DNA of 60,099 nt from assembly GCA_022572685.1 (NCBI GenBank), contig JACZVL010000002.1, forward strand, positions 1-60,099. The letters are read 5' to 3'. The notes under the pieces were generated by a model. That model was given only the letters and a program-made list of their open reading frames with translations, did not search any database and was not told the origin of the DNA. The first letter of the stretch is position 1, and each line of letters starts with the position of its first letter. Origin of the DNA: Pseudomonadota bacterium (GTDB lineage Bacteria > Pseudomonadota > Alphaproteobacteria > Kiloniellales > J153). Positions 12,628-22,922 of the stretch are shown here, in pieces. A program made the position numbers and the translations under genes.

Positions 12628-12714
12628 GGGCGAACCGGCAGTGGGCGAACCGGCAGTGGGCGAACCGGCAGTGGGCGAACCGGCAGTGGGCGAACCGGCA
12701 GTGGGCGAATCGGG
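12628..12714. repeat. 15-bp tandem repeat gggcgaaccggcagt x5 plus a partial sixth unit, inside MITE copy A
   Basis: Read directly. The units are perfect, which explains the repetitive pseudo-ORFs on all frames here. Confidence 0.95.
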
Positions 12715-12765
12715 GGCGTCGGGAAGCCTTGACGATGCCCGGCATCGCCGGCGGCTCCTCTCCTG

Positions 12766-12801
12766 CCCGCCCATTGGCCCGCCCCTTGGCCCGCCCCATG
12801 G
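12766..12801. repeat. 12-bp tandem repeat cccgccc(a/c)(t/a)tgg x3 inside MITE copy A
   Basis: Read directly: cccgcccattgg cccgccccttgg cccgccccatgg. Confidence 0.85.
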
Positions 12802-12860
12802 CCCGTCGGATCGCCCACGCGATCTCCATGGGTCATTACTAAGGACCTTTGGTATAAGAT

Positions 12861-13226
12861 ATGGAAGGCTTGTTAGCCGAGTATCTGCCGATCCTGATCT
12901 TTCTCGGCATCGCGATCGGCATGGCGGCGCTCATGGTCGTGGCCTCCTACATCGTGGCGCGCCAGCGGCCCGACTCGGAGAAGGACTCGGCCTACGAATG
13001 CGGCTTCGAGGCCTTCGACGACGCACGCGGGCGCTTCGACGTGCGTTTCTACCTGGTCGCCATCCTGTTCATCATCTTCGATCTCGAGATCGCCTTCCTG
13101 TTCCCCTGGGCCGTGGCGCTGGGTGAGATCGGCGTGTTCGGCTTCTGGTCGATGATGATCTTCCTGGGGATCTTGACCATCGGGTTCATCTACGAATGGA
13201 AGAAGGGCGGCCTGGAATGGGATTAG
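12861..13226 (+). CDS. nuoA: NADH-quinone oxidoreductase subunit A
   Basis: 121 aa, three TM segments, conserved YECGF and [12 protein letters not shown] motifs. First gene of nuoA-N. Confidence 0.95.
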   Translation: MEGLLAEYLPILIFLGIAIGMAALMVVASYIVARQRPDSEKDSAYECGFEAFDDARGRFDVRFYLVAILFIIFDLEIAFLFPWAVALGEIGVFGFWSMMIFLGILTIGFIYEWKKGGLEWD

Positions 13227-13750
13227 GCGCTGCGGACCCCGGACAGGTGCCCGGGCAGGTTCCGGTATTCCAGAGCGTCAGCGACGAACTCGCCGACAAG
13301 GGCTTCCTGGTCGCGCAGCTCGACAAGCTCGCGGCCTGGGCCCAGACCGGATCGATGTGGCCGTTGAGCTTCGGGCTCGCGTGCTGCGCGGTCGAGATGA
13401 TGCACGTCGCCTGCAGCCGCTATGACCTCGACCGCTTCGGCATCGTGTTCCGGCCCAGCCCGCGCCAGGCCGACGTCATGATCGTGGCCGGCACGCTGAC
13501 CAACAAGATGGCGCCCGCGCTGCGCAAGGTCTACGACCAGATGGCCGAGCCGCGCTGGGTGATCTCCATGGGCTCCTGCGCCAACGGCGGCGGCTACTAT
13601 CACTACTCCTATTCGGTGGTGCGCGGTTGCGACCGCGTCGTGCCCGTCGACATCTACGTGCCGGGCTGTCCGCCGACCGCGGAGGCCTTGCTCTACGGCA
13701 TCCTGCAGTTGCACAAGAAGATCAGGCGCGGCGCCGGAATCGCGCGCTGA
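13217..13750 (+). CDS. nuoB: NADH-quinone oxidoreductase subunit B
   Basis: Contains [35 protein letters not shown] and GCPP. The ATG at 13217 overlaps the nuoA stop. An alternative in-frame ATG is at 13196. Confidence 0.94.
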   Translation: MGLGAADPGQVPGQVPVFQSVSDELADKGFLVAQLDKLAAWAQTGSMWPLSFGLACCAVEMMHVACSRYDLDRFGIVFRPSPRQADVMIVAGTLTNKMAPALRKVYDQMAEPRWVISMGSCANGGGYYHYSYSVVRGCDRVVPVDIYVPGCPPTAEALLYGILQLHKKIRRGAGIAR

Positions 13751-13792
13751 GGCCAATCGGTAAGACAGGTAAAACACCCGGCGCACAGCCCC

Positions 13793-14428
13793 ATGGACCA
13801 GGCCCTGAGAGAACTCGGAGACTATATCGACGCCGGCAATGCGGGCGCCGTCCTCGGCATCGAGGTCGCCTATGGCGAGCTCATGGTGACCGCCGAGGCC
13901 TCGGCGGTGCCCAAGCTGCTGACGTTCCTGCGCGACGATCAGAACTGCCAGTTCAAGCAGCTGGTCGACGTGACGGCGGTCGACTATCCCGACCGGGAGG
14001 CGCGCTTCACCGTGGTCTACAACCTGCTGTCCCTGCGCCACAATCAGCGCGTTCGGGTCAAGACCGCGGTCGCCGATGGCGTCCCCCTGGCCTCGGTCGT
14101 GGGCGTGTTCAGCTCGGCCAACTGGTTGGAGCGCGAGGTCTGGGACCTGTTCGGGGTGGCCTTCTCGGGCCATCCGGACCTGCGCCGCATCCTCACCGAC
14201 TACGGCTTCGAGGGCCACCCGCTGCGCAAGGATTTCCCGCTCACCGGTCACGTCGAGGTGCGCTACGACGAGGACCAGAAGCGCGTCGTCTACGAGCCGG
14301 TCAAGCTGACCCAGGAATTCCGCAACTTCGATTTCATGAGCCCCTGGGAAGGCATGCTGCAAACCCCCGACGATGACCAGGCGGACCCCGACGCCGGAGC
14401 CGATGGGGCCGGGGAGGGAGGTTCGTGA
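13793..14428 (+). CDS. nuoC: NADH-quinone oxidoreductase subunit C
   Basis: Contains [44 protein letters not shown]. 211 aa. Confidence 0.95.
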   Translation: MDQALRELGDYIDAGNAGAVLGIEVAYGELMVTAEASAVPKLLTFLRDDQNCQFKQLVDVTAVDYPDREARFTVVYNLLSLRHNQRVRVKTAVADGVPLASVVGVFSSANWLEREVWDLFGVAFSGHPDLRRILTDYGFEGHPLRKDFPLTGHVEVRYDEDQKRVVYEPVKLTQEFRNFDFMSPWEGMLQTPDDDQADPDAGADGAGEGGS

Positions 14429-15606
14429 TGGCCGATCCGCTGATCAAGCCGATGATCCTCAACTTCGGCCCGCAGCATCCGGCCGCCCACGGCGTGCTGC
14501 GCCTGGTGCTCGAGATGGACGGCGAGATCATCCAACGCGCCGACCCGCACATCGGCCTGTTGCATCGCGGCACCGAGAAGCTGATCGAATACAAGACCTA
14601 CCTTCAGGCGGTACCCTACTTCGACCGGCTTGACTACGTCGCACCGATGAATCAGGAGCATGCCTTCGCGCTCGGCGTAGAGAAGCTGCTCGGCCTCGAG
14701 GTGCCGCCCCGGGGTCAGTACATTCGCGTGCTCTATTGCGAAATCGGGCGCCTGCTCAATCACCTGCTCAGCATCACCACCTTCGCCATCGACGTCGGCG
14801 CGATGACACCGCTCCTCTGGTCCTTCGAGGAACGCGAGAAGATGATGGAGTTCTACGAGCGGGCCTCGGGCGCGCGCATGCACGCGGCCTATTTCCGGCC
14901 CGGCGGGGTGCACCTGGACCTGCCGGCGGGTCTGCTCGAGGACATCGCCACCTTCTGCCGCGGCTTTCCCCAGCACATCGACGATCTCGAGACCCTGCTG
15001 ACCGAGAACCGCATCTTCCGCCAGCGCACCGTCGACATCGGCGTGGTCAATCTGGACGATGCGTTCGACTGGGGCTTCAGCGGACCGATGCTGCGCGCTT
15101 CGGGCGCCGCCTGGGACCTGCGCAAGGCCCAACCCTACGAGTGCTACAGCGAGCTCGATTTCGACATTCCGGTGGGCAAGCACGGCGACTGCTTCGACCG
15201 CTACCTGGTGCGCATCGAGGAGATGCGCCAGTCGGTGCGAATCATGGAGCAGTGCATCGAACGCATGCCCGAGGGGCCGGTGGCCAGCCGGGACCACAAG
15301 GTCACGCCGCCCCCGCGCGCCGAGATGAAGCGCTCGATGGAGGCCTTGATCCATCACTTCAAGCTCTACACCGAGGGCTACCACGTGCCCGCCGGCGAGA
15401 CCTACGCCGCGGTCGAGGCGCCCAAGGGCGAGTTCGCGGTGTACCTGGTCTCGGACGGCACCAACATGCCCTACCGCTGCAAGATCCGGGCGCCGGGTTT
15501 CGCCCACCTCTCGGCCATGGATTTCATGTGCCGCGGCCACATGCTGGCCGACAGCGTGGCGATCCTGGGCTCCATGGACATCGTGTTCGGCGAGGTCGAC
15601 CGATGA
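14425..15606 (+). CDS. nuoD: NADH-quinone oxidoreductase subunit D
   Basis: Contains [22 protein letters not shown] and a C-terminal [17 protein letters not shown] overlap with nuoC. Confidence 0.97.
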   Translation: MMADPLIKPMILNFGPQHPAAHGVLRLVLEMDGEIIQRADPHIGLLHRGTEKLIEYKTYLQAVPYFDRLDYVAPMNQEHAFALGVEKLLGLEVPPRGQYIRVLYCEIGRLLNHLLSITTFAIDVGAMTPLLWSFEEREKMMEFYERASGARMHAAYFRPGGVHLDLPAGLLEDIATFCRGFPQHIDDLETLLTENRIFRQRTVDIGVVNLDDAFDWGFSGPMLRASGAAWDLRKAQPYECYSELDFDIPVGKHGDCFDRYLVRIEEMRQSVRIMEQCIERMPEGPVASRDHKVTPPPRAEMKRSMEALIHHFKLYTEGYHVPAGETYAAVEAPKGEFAVYLVSDGTNMPYRCKIRAPGFAHLSAMDFMCRGHMLADSVAILGSMDIVFGEVDR

Positions 15607-16301
15607 AGGTGACGAGCTACCGTGCGGGCGAGGCCGGTGACTTCGCCTTCACCGAGGACAACGCGAAACGCGCCGCCGCCGCGGTGACCCATTATCCGGA
15701 GGGGCGCCAGGCCTCCGCGGTGATGGCGCTGCTCGACCTGGCCCAGCGCCAGAACGACGGCTGGCTGTCGCCGGAGGCGATCGAGTACGTGGCCAACACT
15801 CTGGAGATGGCGCCGATCCGGGTCTACGAGGTCGCCAGCTTCTACTCCATGTACAACACCAAGCCGGTCGGCAGACACCTGGTCCAGGTGTGCCGGACCA
15901 CGCCGTGCTGGCTGCGTGGCGCGGCCGGGCTGACCGACACCTGCCGCGACCAGCTGGGCATCGGCCTGGGCGAGACCACCGGGGATGGCCAGTTCACCCT
16001 GGTCGAGGTCGAGTGCCTGGGCGCCTGCGCCAACGCGCCGGTGGTGCAGATCGGCGATGACTACTACGAGGACCTCTCGCCCGAGCGCCTGAGCGCGCTG
16101 CTCGGCGACCTCAAGGCCGGCAAGGAGATCGCGGCGGGCTCCCAGACCGGCCGCCAGTCCTCCATGCCCGACGGCGGCGCCGTCACGCTCACCGAGCTGC
16201 CGGAGCGCGCCCCCGCCGAACCCGGCCGCGCGGTTCCGGGCCCAGAGTTTGGGGACCCGGTGTCCCCGGGCCCCGTATCCCCGAGCGGGGAGGGCGCCTG
16301 A
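15603..16301 (+). CDS. nuoE: NADH-quinone oxidoreductase subunit E (24 kDa, 2Fe-2S) with Pro/Gly-rich C-terminal extension
   Basis: Starts [10 protein letters not shown] at an ATG overlapping the nuoD stop. Has the [10 protein letters not shown] ... [11 protein letters not shown] cysteine motifs. Confidence 0.94.
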   Translation: MKVTSYRAGEAGDFAFTEDNAKRAAAAVTHYPEGRQASAVMALLDLAQRQNDGWLSPEAIEYVANTLEMAPIRVYEVASFYSMYNTKPVGRHLVQVCRTTPCWLRGAAGLTDTCRDQLGIGLGETTGDGQFTLVEVECLGACANAPVVQIGDDYYEDLSPERLSALLGDLKAGKEIAAGSQTGRQSSMPDGGAVTLTELPERAPAEPGRAVPGPEFGDPVSPGPVSPSGEGA

Positions 16302-17623
16302 TGCTGCGCGACCAGGACCGGGTCTTCACCAACCTCTACGGCCAGGACGACTGGCGCCTGCGGGCTGCTCTCGGGCGCGGCGTCTGGGACGGCACCAAGG
16401 GCATGATCGCGCTGGGCCGCGACGGGATCGTGCAGGTGATCAAGGATTCCGAGCTGCGCGGACGCGGCGGCGCCGGCTTTCCGGCCGGGCTCAAGTGGTC
16501 GTTCATGCCCAAGGAGAGCGACGGCCGGCCGCGCTACCTGATCGTCAACGCCGACGAATCCGAGCCGGGCACCTGCAAGGACCGGGAGATCCTGCGCAAC
16601 GACCCGCACCGCCTGCTCGAGGGCTGCCTGGTGGCCGGGTTCGCGATGGGCGCCAGCGCCTGCTACATCTACGTGCGCGGCGAGTTCTACCGCGAGGCCG
16701 AGCGCCTGAGCCAAGCGATCGAGGAGGCCTACGAGGCCGGGCTGATCGGCAAGGACGCCTGCAAGTCCGGCTACGACTACGACATCCACGTGCACCGCGG
16801 CGCCGGCGCCTACATCTGCGGCGAGGAGACCGCGCTGCTCGAGAGCCTGGAAGGCAAGAAGGGCCAGCCGCGCCTCAAGCCGCCATTCCCCGCCGCCATG
16901 GGGCTCTACGGCTGTCCCTCGACGATCAACAACGTCGAAACCATCGCCGTCGCCCCCGAGATCCTGCGCCGCGGCGCGGCCTGGTGGGCCGGCCTCGGCC
17001 GACCCAAGAACACCGGCACCAAGATCTTCAGCCTTTCCGGGCACGTCGAGCGGCCGTGCACCGTCGAAGCGGTGATGGGCATCCCGCTCAAGGAGCTGAT
17101 CGAGACCCACGCCGGCGGCGTGCGCGGCGGTTGGGACAACCTGCTGGCGGTGATTCCGGGCGGCTCCTCGGTGCCGCTGCTGCCCAAGTCGATCTGTGAT
17201 TCCGTGCTGATGGACTTCGACTCCCTGCGCGAGGTGAAATCCGGCCTGGGCACGGCGGCGGTCATCGTCATGGACAAGTCGACCGACGTGGTCGCCGCGA
17301 TCGCCAATCTGTCGCATTTCTACATGCACGAGAGCTGTGGCCAGTGTACCCCGTGCCGCGAGGGCACCGGCTGGATGTGGCGGGTCATGACCCGCATGGT
17401 CGAGGGCCGCGCCGGCGTGGCGGAGATCGACAGCTTGTTGGACGTGACCTATCAGGTCGAGGGGCACACGATCTGCGCGCTCGGCGACGCGGCGGCCTGG
17501 CCGATCCAGGGCCTGATCCGCCATTTCCGCCCGGAGCTGGAGCGCCGCATCATCGATTACAAGACCAGCGGCGCCCCGGCGGGCGCGTCCCAGGCGGGCG
17601 CGTCCCAGGCGGCGGCGGAATAG
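16301..17623 (+). CDS. nuoF: NADH-quinone oxidoreductase subunit F (NADH/FMN binding)
   Basis: Contains [27 protein letters not shown] and [12 protein letters not shown]. 440 aa. Confidence 0.97.
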   Translation: MLRDQDRVFTNLYGQDDWRLRAALGRGVWDGTKGMIALGRDGIVQVIKDSELRGRGGAGFPAGLKWSFMPKESDGRPRYLIVNADESEPGTCKDREILRNDPHRLLEGCLVAGFAMGASACYIYVRGEFYREAERLSQAIEEAYEAGLIGKDACKSGYDYDIHVHRGAGAYICGEETALLESLEGKKGQPRLKPPFPAAMGLYGCPSTINNVETIAVAPEILRRGAAWWAGLGRPKNTGTKIFSLSGHVERPCTVEAVMGIPLKELIETHAGGVRGGWDNLLAVIPGGSSVPLLPKSICDSVLMDFDSLREVKSGLGTAAVIVMDKSTDVVAAIANLSHFYMHESCGQCTPCREGTGWMWRVMTRMVEGRAGVAEIDSLLDVTYQVEGHTICALGDAAAWPIQGLIRHFRPELERRIIDYKTSGAPAGASQAGASQAAAE

Positions 17624-17635
17624 TAGGACGGAGCG

Positions 17636-19729
17636 ATGCCGAAACTGACCATCGACGGCAAGGAGATCGAGGTTCCCGGCGGCCTGACCGTGCTGCAGGC
17701 CTGCGAGCTCGCCGGTGTCGAGATCCCGCGCTTCTGCTACCACGAGCGGCTTTCGGTGGCGGGCAACTGCCGGATGTGCCTGGTCGAGATGGGGCAGGCG
17801 CCCAAGCCGATCGCCTCCTGCGCCATGCCGGCGGGCGACGGCATGGTGATCAGGACCGATACCCCGGTGGTCAAGAAGGCGCGCCAGGGGGTCATGGAGT
17901 TCCTGCTCATCAACCATCCGCTCGACTGCCCGATCTGCGACCAGGGCGGCGAGTGCGACCTGCAGGATCAGGCCATGGCCTTTGGGGTCGACCACAGCCG
18001 CTACCAGGAGAACAAGCGCGCGGTGCCCGAGAAGTACATGGGGCCGCTGATCAAGACCATCATGACCCGCTGCATCCACTGCACGCGCTGCATCCGCTTC
18101 GCCACCGAGATCGCCGGGGTCGAGGAGATGGGCGCGCTCAACCGCGGCGGCCACGTCGAGATCACCACCCTGGAGAAGGCGATCGACTCCGAGCTTTCGG
18201 GCAACCTGATCGACGTCTGCCCGGTCGGCGCGCTGACCTCCAGGCCCTACGCCTTCACGGCCCGGTCCTGGGAGCTGCGCAAGACCAATTCGGTGGACGC
18301 GCTGGACGCGGTCGGCTCCAACATTCGCGTCGATGCGCGCGGACGCGAGGTCATGCGCGTGCTGCCGCGCCTGCACGAGGACGTCAACGAGGAGTGGATC
18401 TCCGACAAGACCCGCTACGCCTGCGACGGCCTGGCGCGCCAGCGTCTCGACCGGCCCTACCTGCGCAAGGACGGCCGGCTCCGGCCGGTGAGTTGGGACG
18501 AGGCCTTCCGGGCCATCGCCGCGCGCCTCGACGGGCTCGACGGCGGCAAGATCGCGGCACTGGCCGGGGATCTCTGCGACGCCGAATCGATGCTCGCGCT
18601 CAAGGACCTGATGGCCGCCCTCGGCTCGCCCCACCTCGACTGCCGCCAGGATGGCGCCAAGATCGGGGCCAAGATCGGGGGGGCGGGCCCGCGCGCGGGC
18701 TACCTGTTCAACACCACCATCGCCGGGATCGAGCGGGCCGACGCGGCGCTCCTGGTCGGCACCAACCCGCGCCACGAGGCGACGCTGGTCAACGCCCGCC
18801 TGCGCAAGCGTTTCCTCATGGGCGGCTTCCGGGTCGGACTGATCGGGGCGCCCTGCGACCTCAGCTATCCGGTCGACACCCTGGGCGCCGGTCCGGAGAC
18901 GCTTTCTGAGCTGGCCGCCGGCACGGGCGCCTTCGCCGAGGTGCTGACGGCCGCCGAGCGGCCGATGATCGTGCTCGGCATGGCGGCGCTGGCGCGGCCC
19001 GACGGCGCGGCGGTGCTCCATCTGGCGCGCGCGCTGGCCGAGAAGTTCGGCATGATCGGCGAGGACTGGAACGGCTTCAACCTGCTGCACGGCGCGGCCG
19101 CGCGGGTCGGCGGGCTCGACCTCGGCTTCCTGCCGGGAGACGGCGGGCGCGACCGCGACGGAATTCTCGACGGCGTCCATGGCGGCGACATCGAGGTGGT
19201 CTACCTGCTCGGCGCCGACGAGATCGACATGGCCCGGCTCGGTCCCAATGCGCAAGAAGGCGCCTTCGTCATCTACCAGGGCCATCACGGCGACGCCGGC
19301 GCGCACCGCGCCGACGTGATCCTGCCCGGCGCCGCCTACACCGAGAAGAACGGCACCTACGTCAATACCGAGGGCCGGGTCCAACTCGGCCGCCTGGCGG
19401 TCTCGCCGCCGGGCGAGGCGCGCGCGGACTGGACCATTCTCCGGGCGCTGTCGGAGGTGGTCGGCCAGCGTCTGCCCTACGACGATTTGGGGGCGCTGCG
19501 CCAGCGCCTGGTCGCGGTCAACCCGGTGTTCGCCGCGGTCGACCGGGTCGAGGCCGCGCCCTGGGGCGAATTCGGGGAGCAGGGCAAGCTGGACGGCGCG
19601 CCCTTCGGCGTCGCGGTCGAGAATTATTACATGACCGATCCGATCAGCCGCGCCTCGGAGACCATGGCGAGTTGCGCCGAGGTCTTCGGGTCCGGCCGGG
19701 CAGGGGAGGCGACCGGCACCGATGGTTGA
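17636..19729 (+). CDS. nuoG: NADH-quinone oxidoreductase subunit G (75 kDa Fe-S subunit)
   Basis: Contains [36 protein letters not shown] and [10 protein letters not shown]. 697 aa. Confidence 0.97.
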   Translation: MPKLTIDGKEIEVPGGLTVLQACELAGVEIPRFCYHERLSVAGNCRMCLVEMGQAPKPIASCAMPAGDGMVIRTDTPVVKKARQGVMEFLLINHPLDCPICDQGGECDLQDQAMAFGVDHSRYQENKRAVPEKYMGPLIKTIMTRCIHCTRCIRFATEIAGVEEMGALNRGGHVEITTLEKAIDSELSGNLIDVCPVGALTSRPYAFTARSWELRKTNSVDALDAVGSNIRVDARGREVMRVLPRLHEDVNEEWISDKTRYACDGLARQRLDRPYLRKDGRLRPVSWDEAFRAIAARLDGLDGGKIAALAGDLCDAESMLALKDLMAALGSPHLDCRQDGAKIGAKIGGAGPRAGYLFNTTIAGIERADAALLVGTNPRHEATLVNARLRKRFLMGGFRVGLIGAPCDLSYPVDTLGAGPETLSELAAGTGAFAEVLTAAERPMIVLGMAALARPDGAAVLHLARALAEKFGMIGEDWNGFNLLHGAAARVGGLDLGFLPGDGGRDRDGILDGVHGGDIEVVYLLGADEIDMARLGPNAQEGAFVIYQGHHGDAGAHRADVILPGAAYTEKNGTYVNTEGRVQLGRLAVSPPGEARADWTILRALSEVVGQRLPYDDLGALRQRLVAVNPVFAAVDRVEAAPWGEFGEQGKLDGAPFGVAVENYYMTDPISRASETMASCAEVFGSGRAGEATGTDG

Positions 19730-20744
19730 TTGGATCGTCCTGTGGGACGGCTACGCCTGGCCCGGCATCATCATCGTCGCGCAGGTCCTGCTGATCGTGG
19801 TGCCGCTGCTGCTCGCGGTCGCCTATCTCACCTATGCCGAGCGCAAGGTGATCGCGGCCATGCAGCTGCGCAAGGGACCCAACGTGGTCGGTTACTTCGG
19901 CCTGATGCAGCCGATCGCCGATGCCGTCAAGCTGCTGTTCAAGGAGACCATCCTGCCGGCCGGCGCCAACAAGGTGGTGTTCATCATGGCGCCGATGCTG
20001 GTCTTCATCCTGGGGCTGGTCGGCTGGGCGGTGATCCCCTTCGACGAGGGCTGGGTGCTGGCCGACATCAACGTCGGCATCCTCTATCTCTTCGCGATCT
20101 CCTCGCTCGGAGTCTACGGCGTGCTCATGGCCGGCTGGGCGTCCAACTCGAAGTACCCCTTCCTGGGCGCCCTGCGCGCGGCGGCGCAGATGGTGTCCTA
20201 CGAGGTCTCCATGGGCTTCGTGATCATCACGGTGCTGATCGTGGTCGGCTCGCTCAACCTCACCGACATCGTGCTCGCCCAGAAGGACCTGTGGTTCGTG
20301 GTGCCGCTGTTGCCGATGTTCGTGGTGTTCTTCATTTCGACCCTGGCCGAGACCAACCGCTCGCCCTTCGATCTGGCCGAGGGCGAATCCGAGATCGTCG
20401 CCGGGTTCTTTCTCGAGTACTCGTCGTTCACCTTCGCGCTGTTCTTCATGGGCGAATACGCCAACATGATCCTGATGAGCGCCATGACCACGATCCTGTT
20501 TCTGGGTGGCTGGCTGCCGATCATCGATGTCGCGCCGTTCAATTGGATTCCGGGAATCGTCTGGTTCGCCGGCAAGGTCGCGCTGGTGCTGTTCTGCTTC
20601 CTTTGGGTGCGGGCGACCTTCCCGCGCTACCGCTACGACCAGCTCATGCGGCTCGGCTGGAAGGTGTTCCTGCCGCTGTCGCTGTTCTGGGTGGTGCTGA
20701 CCGCGGGTGTCGTGGTCGCCTTCGATCTGGTGCCGAGGAACTGA
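19722..20744 (+). CDS. nuoH: NADH-quinone oxidoreductase subunit H
   Basis: Polytopic membrane protein with [38 protein letters not shown] and [13 protein letters not shown]. Confidence 0.97.
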   Translation: MVDWIVLWDGYAWPGIIIVAQVLLIVVPLLLAVAYLTYAERKVIAAMQLRKGPNVVGYFGLMQPIADAVKLLFKETILPAGANKVVFIMAPMLVFILGLVGWAVIPFDEGWVLADINVGILYLFAISSLGVYGVLMAGWASNSKYPFLGALRAAAQMVSYEVSMGFVIITVLIVVGSLNLTDIVLAQKDLWFVVPLLPMFVVFFISTLAETNRSPFDLAEGESEIVAGFFLEYSSFTFALFFMGEYANMILMSAMTTILFLGGWLPIIDVAPFNWIPGIVWFAGKVALVLFCFLWVRATFPRYRYDQLMRLGWKVFLPLSLFWVVLTAGVVVAFDLVPRN

Positions 20745-20746
20745 CC

Positions 20747-21235
20747 ATGGGAATCATCGACCGTGGCCTGCGCGGCCTGCTGCTGTCCGAGCTTCTGGGC
20801 GGCATGGCCCTCACCCTGCGCTATTTCTTCAAGCCCAAGGTGACGCTCAACTATCCCTACGAGAAGGGGCCGCTCAGTCCGAGGTTTCGCGGCGAACACG
20901 CGCTCCGGCGCTATCCCAACGGCGAGGAGCGCTGCATCGCCTGCAAGCTCTGCGAGGCGATCTGCCCGGCCCAGGCGATCACCATCGAGGCCGAGCCGCG
21001 CGCCGACGGCAGCCGCCGCGCCACGCGCTACGACATCGACATGACCAAGTGCATCTACTGCGGCTTCTGCGAGGAGGCCTGCCCGGTGGACGCGATCGTC
21101 GAGGGGCCGAACTTCGAGTTCGCCACCGAGACCCGGGAGGAGCTGTTCTACAACAAGGAAAAGCTGCTCGCCAACGGCGACCGCTGGGAGGTGGAGATCG
21201 CCCATAACCTCACCCTGGACGCGCCCTATCGCTAG
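20747..21235 (+). CDS. nuoI: NADH-quinone oxidoreductase subunit I (2x 4Fe-4S)
   Basis: [10 protein letters not shown] start. Has two ferredoxin motifs, [12 protein letters not shown] and [12 protein letters not shown]. Confidence 0.96.
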   Translation: MGIIDRGLRGLLLSELLGGMALTLRYFFKPKVTLNYPYEKGPLSPRFRGEHALRRYPNGEERCIACKLCEAICPAQAITIEAEPRADGSRRATRYDIDMTKCIYCGFCEEACPVDAIVEGPNFEFATETREELFYNKEKLLANGDRWEVEIAHNLTLDAPYR

Positions 21236-21260
21236 GCGTGGCCCCTATCGCTAAGTGTGG
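21224..21260. repeat. Tandem ~19-bp duplication of the nuoI stop-codon region
   Basis: ccctatcgctaggcgtgg (including the nuoI TAG) is followed one nt later by ccctatcgctaagtgtgg. Confidence 0.8.
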
Positions 21261-21325
21261 GGGGTATGAATGAAGGGAAACAATAACTTGTGCGCGAAAC
21301 TTGAGAGCATGGACGGGGGCCGGCG

Positions 21326-21934
21326 GTGATCATTCAGGCGCTCGCCTTCTATCTCTTCGCCGCCATCACGGTGGCTTCGGGCGTCATGGTGATCTCGGCG
21401 CGCAACCCGGTGCATTCGGTGCTGTTCCTGATCCTCGCGTTCTTCAACGCGGCCGGGCTGTTCGTGCTGATGGGCGCGGAGTTCCTGGCCATGATCCTGA
21501 TCGTGGTCTACGTCGGCGCGGTGGCGGTGCTGTTCCTCTTCGTGGTCATGATGCTCGACATCAATTTCACCGAGCTGCGCCAGGGCTTCCTGCAGTACCT
21601 GCCGATCGGCGCGCTGGTCGGGATCATCCTGCTGGTCGAGTTGATTGCGGTGGTGGGCGCCTGGGTGGTGGCGCCGGAGGCGGGCCTGGCCACCAGCCTG
21701 CCGATCCCGCCGCCCGATCAGGTCACCAATACCCAGGCCTTGGGCGAGGTGCTCTACACCAAGTACATCTACCTGTTCCAGACGGCGGGACTGGTGCTGC
21801 TGGTCGCCATGATCGGCGCCATCGTGCTGACCCTGCGCCAGCGCGAGGGCGTGCGCCGCCAGAACATCGGCGAGCAGGTCTCGCGCGAGGCCACCGTCGA
21901 GGTCAAGAACGTCCCCAGCGGAAGCGGAATCTGA
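21326..21934 (+). CDS. nuoJ: NADH-quinone oxidoreductase subunit J
   Basis: GTG start. 202 aa membrane protein with NPVHSVLFLILAFFNAAGLF and VYVGAVAVLFLFVVMM. Confidence 0.94.
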   Translation: MIIQALAFYLFAAITVASGVMVISARNPVHSVLFLILAFFNAAGLFVLMGAEFLAMILIVVYVGAVAVLFLFVVMMLDINFTELRQGFLQYLPIGALVGIILLVELIAVVGAWVVAPEAGLATSLPIPPPDQVTNTQALGEVLYTKYIYLFQTAGLVLLVAMIGAIVLTLRQREGVRRQNIGEQVSREATVEVKNVPSGSGI

Positions 21935-21937
21935 GCC

Positions 21938-22249
21938 ATGTTCGAGATCGGCCTTTCCCATTACCTGACGGTCGCCGCGATCCTGTTCACGCTTGGAATC
22001 TTCGGCATCTTCCTGAACCGCAAGAACGTGATCATCATCCTGATGTCGATCGAGCTCATGCTGCTCGCGGTCAACATCAACCTGGTCGCCTTCTCGACCC
22101 ACCTGAACGATCTGGTGGGCCAGGTCTTCGCCCTGTTCGTGCTCACCGTGGCGGCGGCGGAGGCGGCGATCGGCCTGGCCATCCTGGTGGCCTACTTCCG
22201 CAACCGCGGCTCGATCGCGGTCGAGGACATCAACCTGATGAAGGGCTGA
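21938..22249 (+). CDS. nuoK: NADH-quinone oxidoreductase subunit K
   Basis: 103 aa. Contains [18 protein letters not shown] and [20 protein letters not shown]. Confidence 0.96.
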   Translation: MFEIGLSHYLTVAAILFTLGIFGIFLNRKNVIIILMSIELMLLAVNINLVAFSTHLNDLVGQVFALFVLTVAAAEAAIGLAILVAYFRNRGSIAVEDINLMKG

Positions 22250-22254
22250 GCCGG
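22204..22254. repeat. Left copy of the 51-bp perfect direct repeat (last 14 nuoK codons, the stop, and the spacer)
   Basis: ccgcggctcgatcgcggtcgaggacatcaacctgatgaagggctgagccgg is identical to 23419-23469. After one mismatch (22255 t versus 23470 a), the identity continues through catgc. Confidence 0.97.
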
Positions 22255-22256
22255 TC

Positions 22257-22919
22257 ATGCCGACCACGATAGAAGCCCTTCTGCTCGTAATACTTTTTGT
22301 TGGGCCGGGATTCTTGTGCGCGCGCTTCGTGCGGGCGGAAATCCCTAGTAGCCTTACCGGAGAAAAAAATTCGATCATTCTTTCAATGATATTTAGCACA
22401 CTGATTCATACAATATTATTGCCGTACACAATATTTATTCTACCAAATATTCAGGAATTTATTGCATCTCTTAATCAACCTAATAACAGAAATAACTTGT
22501 CCATTGATTGGTTGGTTTTTTGTTGGATTGTTATTGTCTTGTTTGTTGCGCCGTTGGTTACTGCACTTGCTTTGTCGTGGTTATGGCGTTTCGAGCCGAT
22601 GCAACCGTTTCTCTCGAAGCTAGGCATGTCCGTAACGCAAACGATTCCTACGGCTTGGGATTGGGTTTTCCTTTCCCAAACAGACGGCTGCTGGATCGTT
22701 GCAGAGATGGAGGATGGATCGGTAGTGGGTGGAGAGTATGGTGCGGGTTCATTCGCTTCGCTATCTCCACACCGCAGTGATTTATTCTTGGAAAAAGAGT
22801 ACGAGCTAGATGAGAATCACAACTTTCTTGACGTGCTTCCGGACACTGTTGGTGTCTGGATAAACGTAGAAAAGGTGAAACACATCCATCTTTATCGGGT
22901 ATTGGAAGACGAAGGATGA
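22257..22919 (+). CDS. Hypothetical integral membrane protein (220 aa): 3 predicted N-terminal TM helices plus a ~100-aa acidic C-terminal domain; architecture reminiscent of DUF6338-type proteins (unverified)
   Basis: Only long ORF in the AT-rich insert. Hydrophobic stretches at about residues 5-23, 38-62 and 83-110. The ATG occupies the position homologous to the nuoL ATG in the duplicated junction, so it inherits that initiation region. Confidence 0.7.
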   Translation: MPTTIEALLLVILFVGPGFLCARFVRAEIPSSLTGEKNSIILSMIFSTLIHTILLPYTIFILPNIQEFIASLNQPNNRNNLSIDWLVFCWIVIVLFVAPLVTALALSWLWRFEPMQPFLSKLGMSVTQTIPTAWDWVFLSQTDGCWIVAEMEDGSVVGGEYGAGSFASLSPHRSDLFLEKEYELDENHNFLDVLPDTVGVWINVEKVKHIHLYRVLEDEG

Positions 22920-22922
22920 GTC

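Larger units (their letters stand above)
12439..12858. mobile_element. MITE-like non-coding repeat element, copy A (~420 bp) with ~37-bp imperfect terminal inverted repeats
   Basis: The left end ctaataccaaaggtcttagcaatgactcatagagacgg matches the reverse complement of the right end (cttataccaaaggtccttagtaatgacccatggagatc) at roughly 31 of 37 positions. The element ends 2 nt before the nuoA ATG. Confidence 0.7.

Noticed and set aside
12628-12714. Possible CRISPR array because of the regularly repeated 15-mers.
   Set aside because: The units are directly abutting with no spacers, the repeat is far shorter than CRISPR repeats, and there are no cas genes. This is a simple tandem repeat.
12388-12842. 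Cluster of 100-130-aa ORFs on five frames across 12388-12842 (for example 12388..12732, 12431..12829, 12519..12842), and 54730..54912 / 54708..54899.
   Set aside because: They lie inside the MITE-like repeats and are kept open by the 15-bp and 12-bp tandem units. The products are repetitive (GRTGS, FAHCR, PVRPL, ANRQW repeats) and mutually overlapping, so they are not coding.
16064-19384. 1106-aa minus-strand ORF antisense to nuoE-nuoF-nuoG. Similar giant antisense ORFs occur at 1746..3950, 23445..27167, 38276..42115, 43544..46006, 46708..48243 and 54571..56052.
   Set aside because: These are typical high-GC artefacts. They are stop-poor antisense frames with extreme R/G/A/P/H/D composition and no recognisable motifs. 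They fully overlap + strand genes that carry unmistakable conserved motifs.
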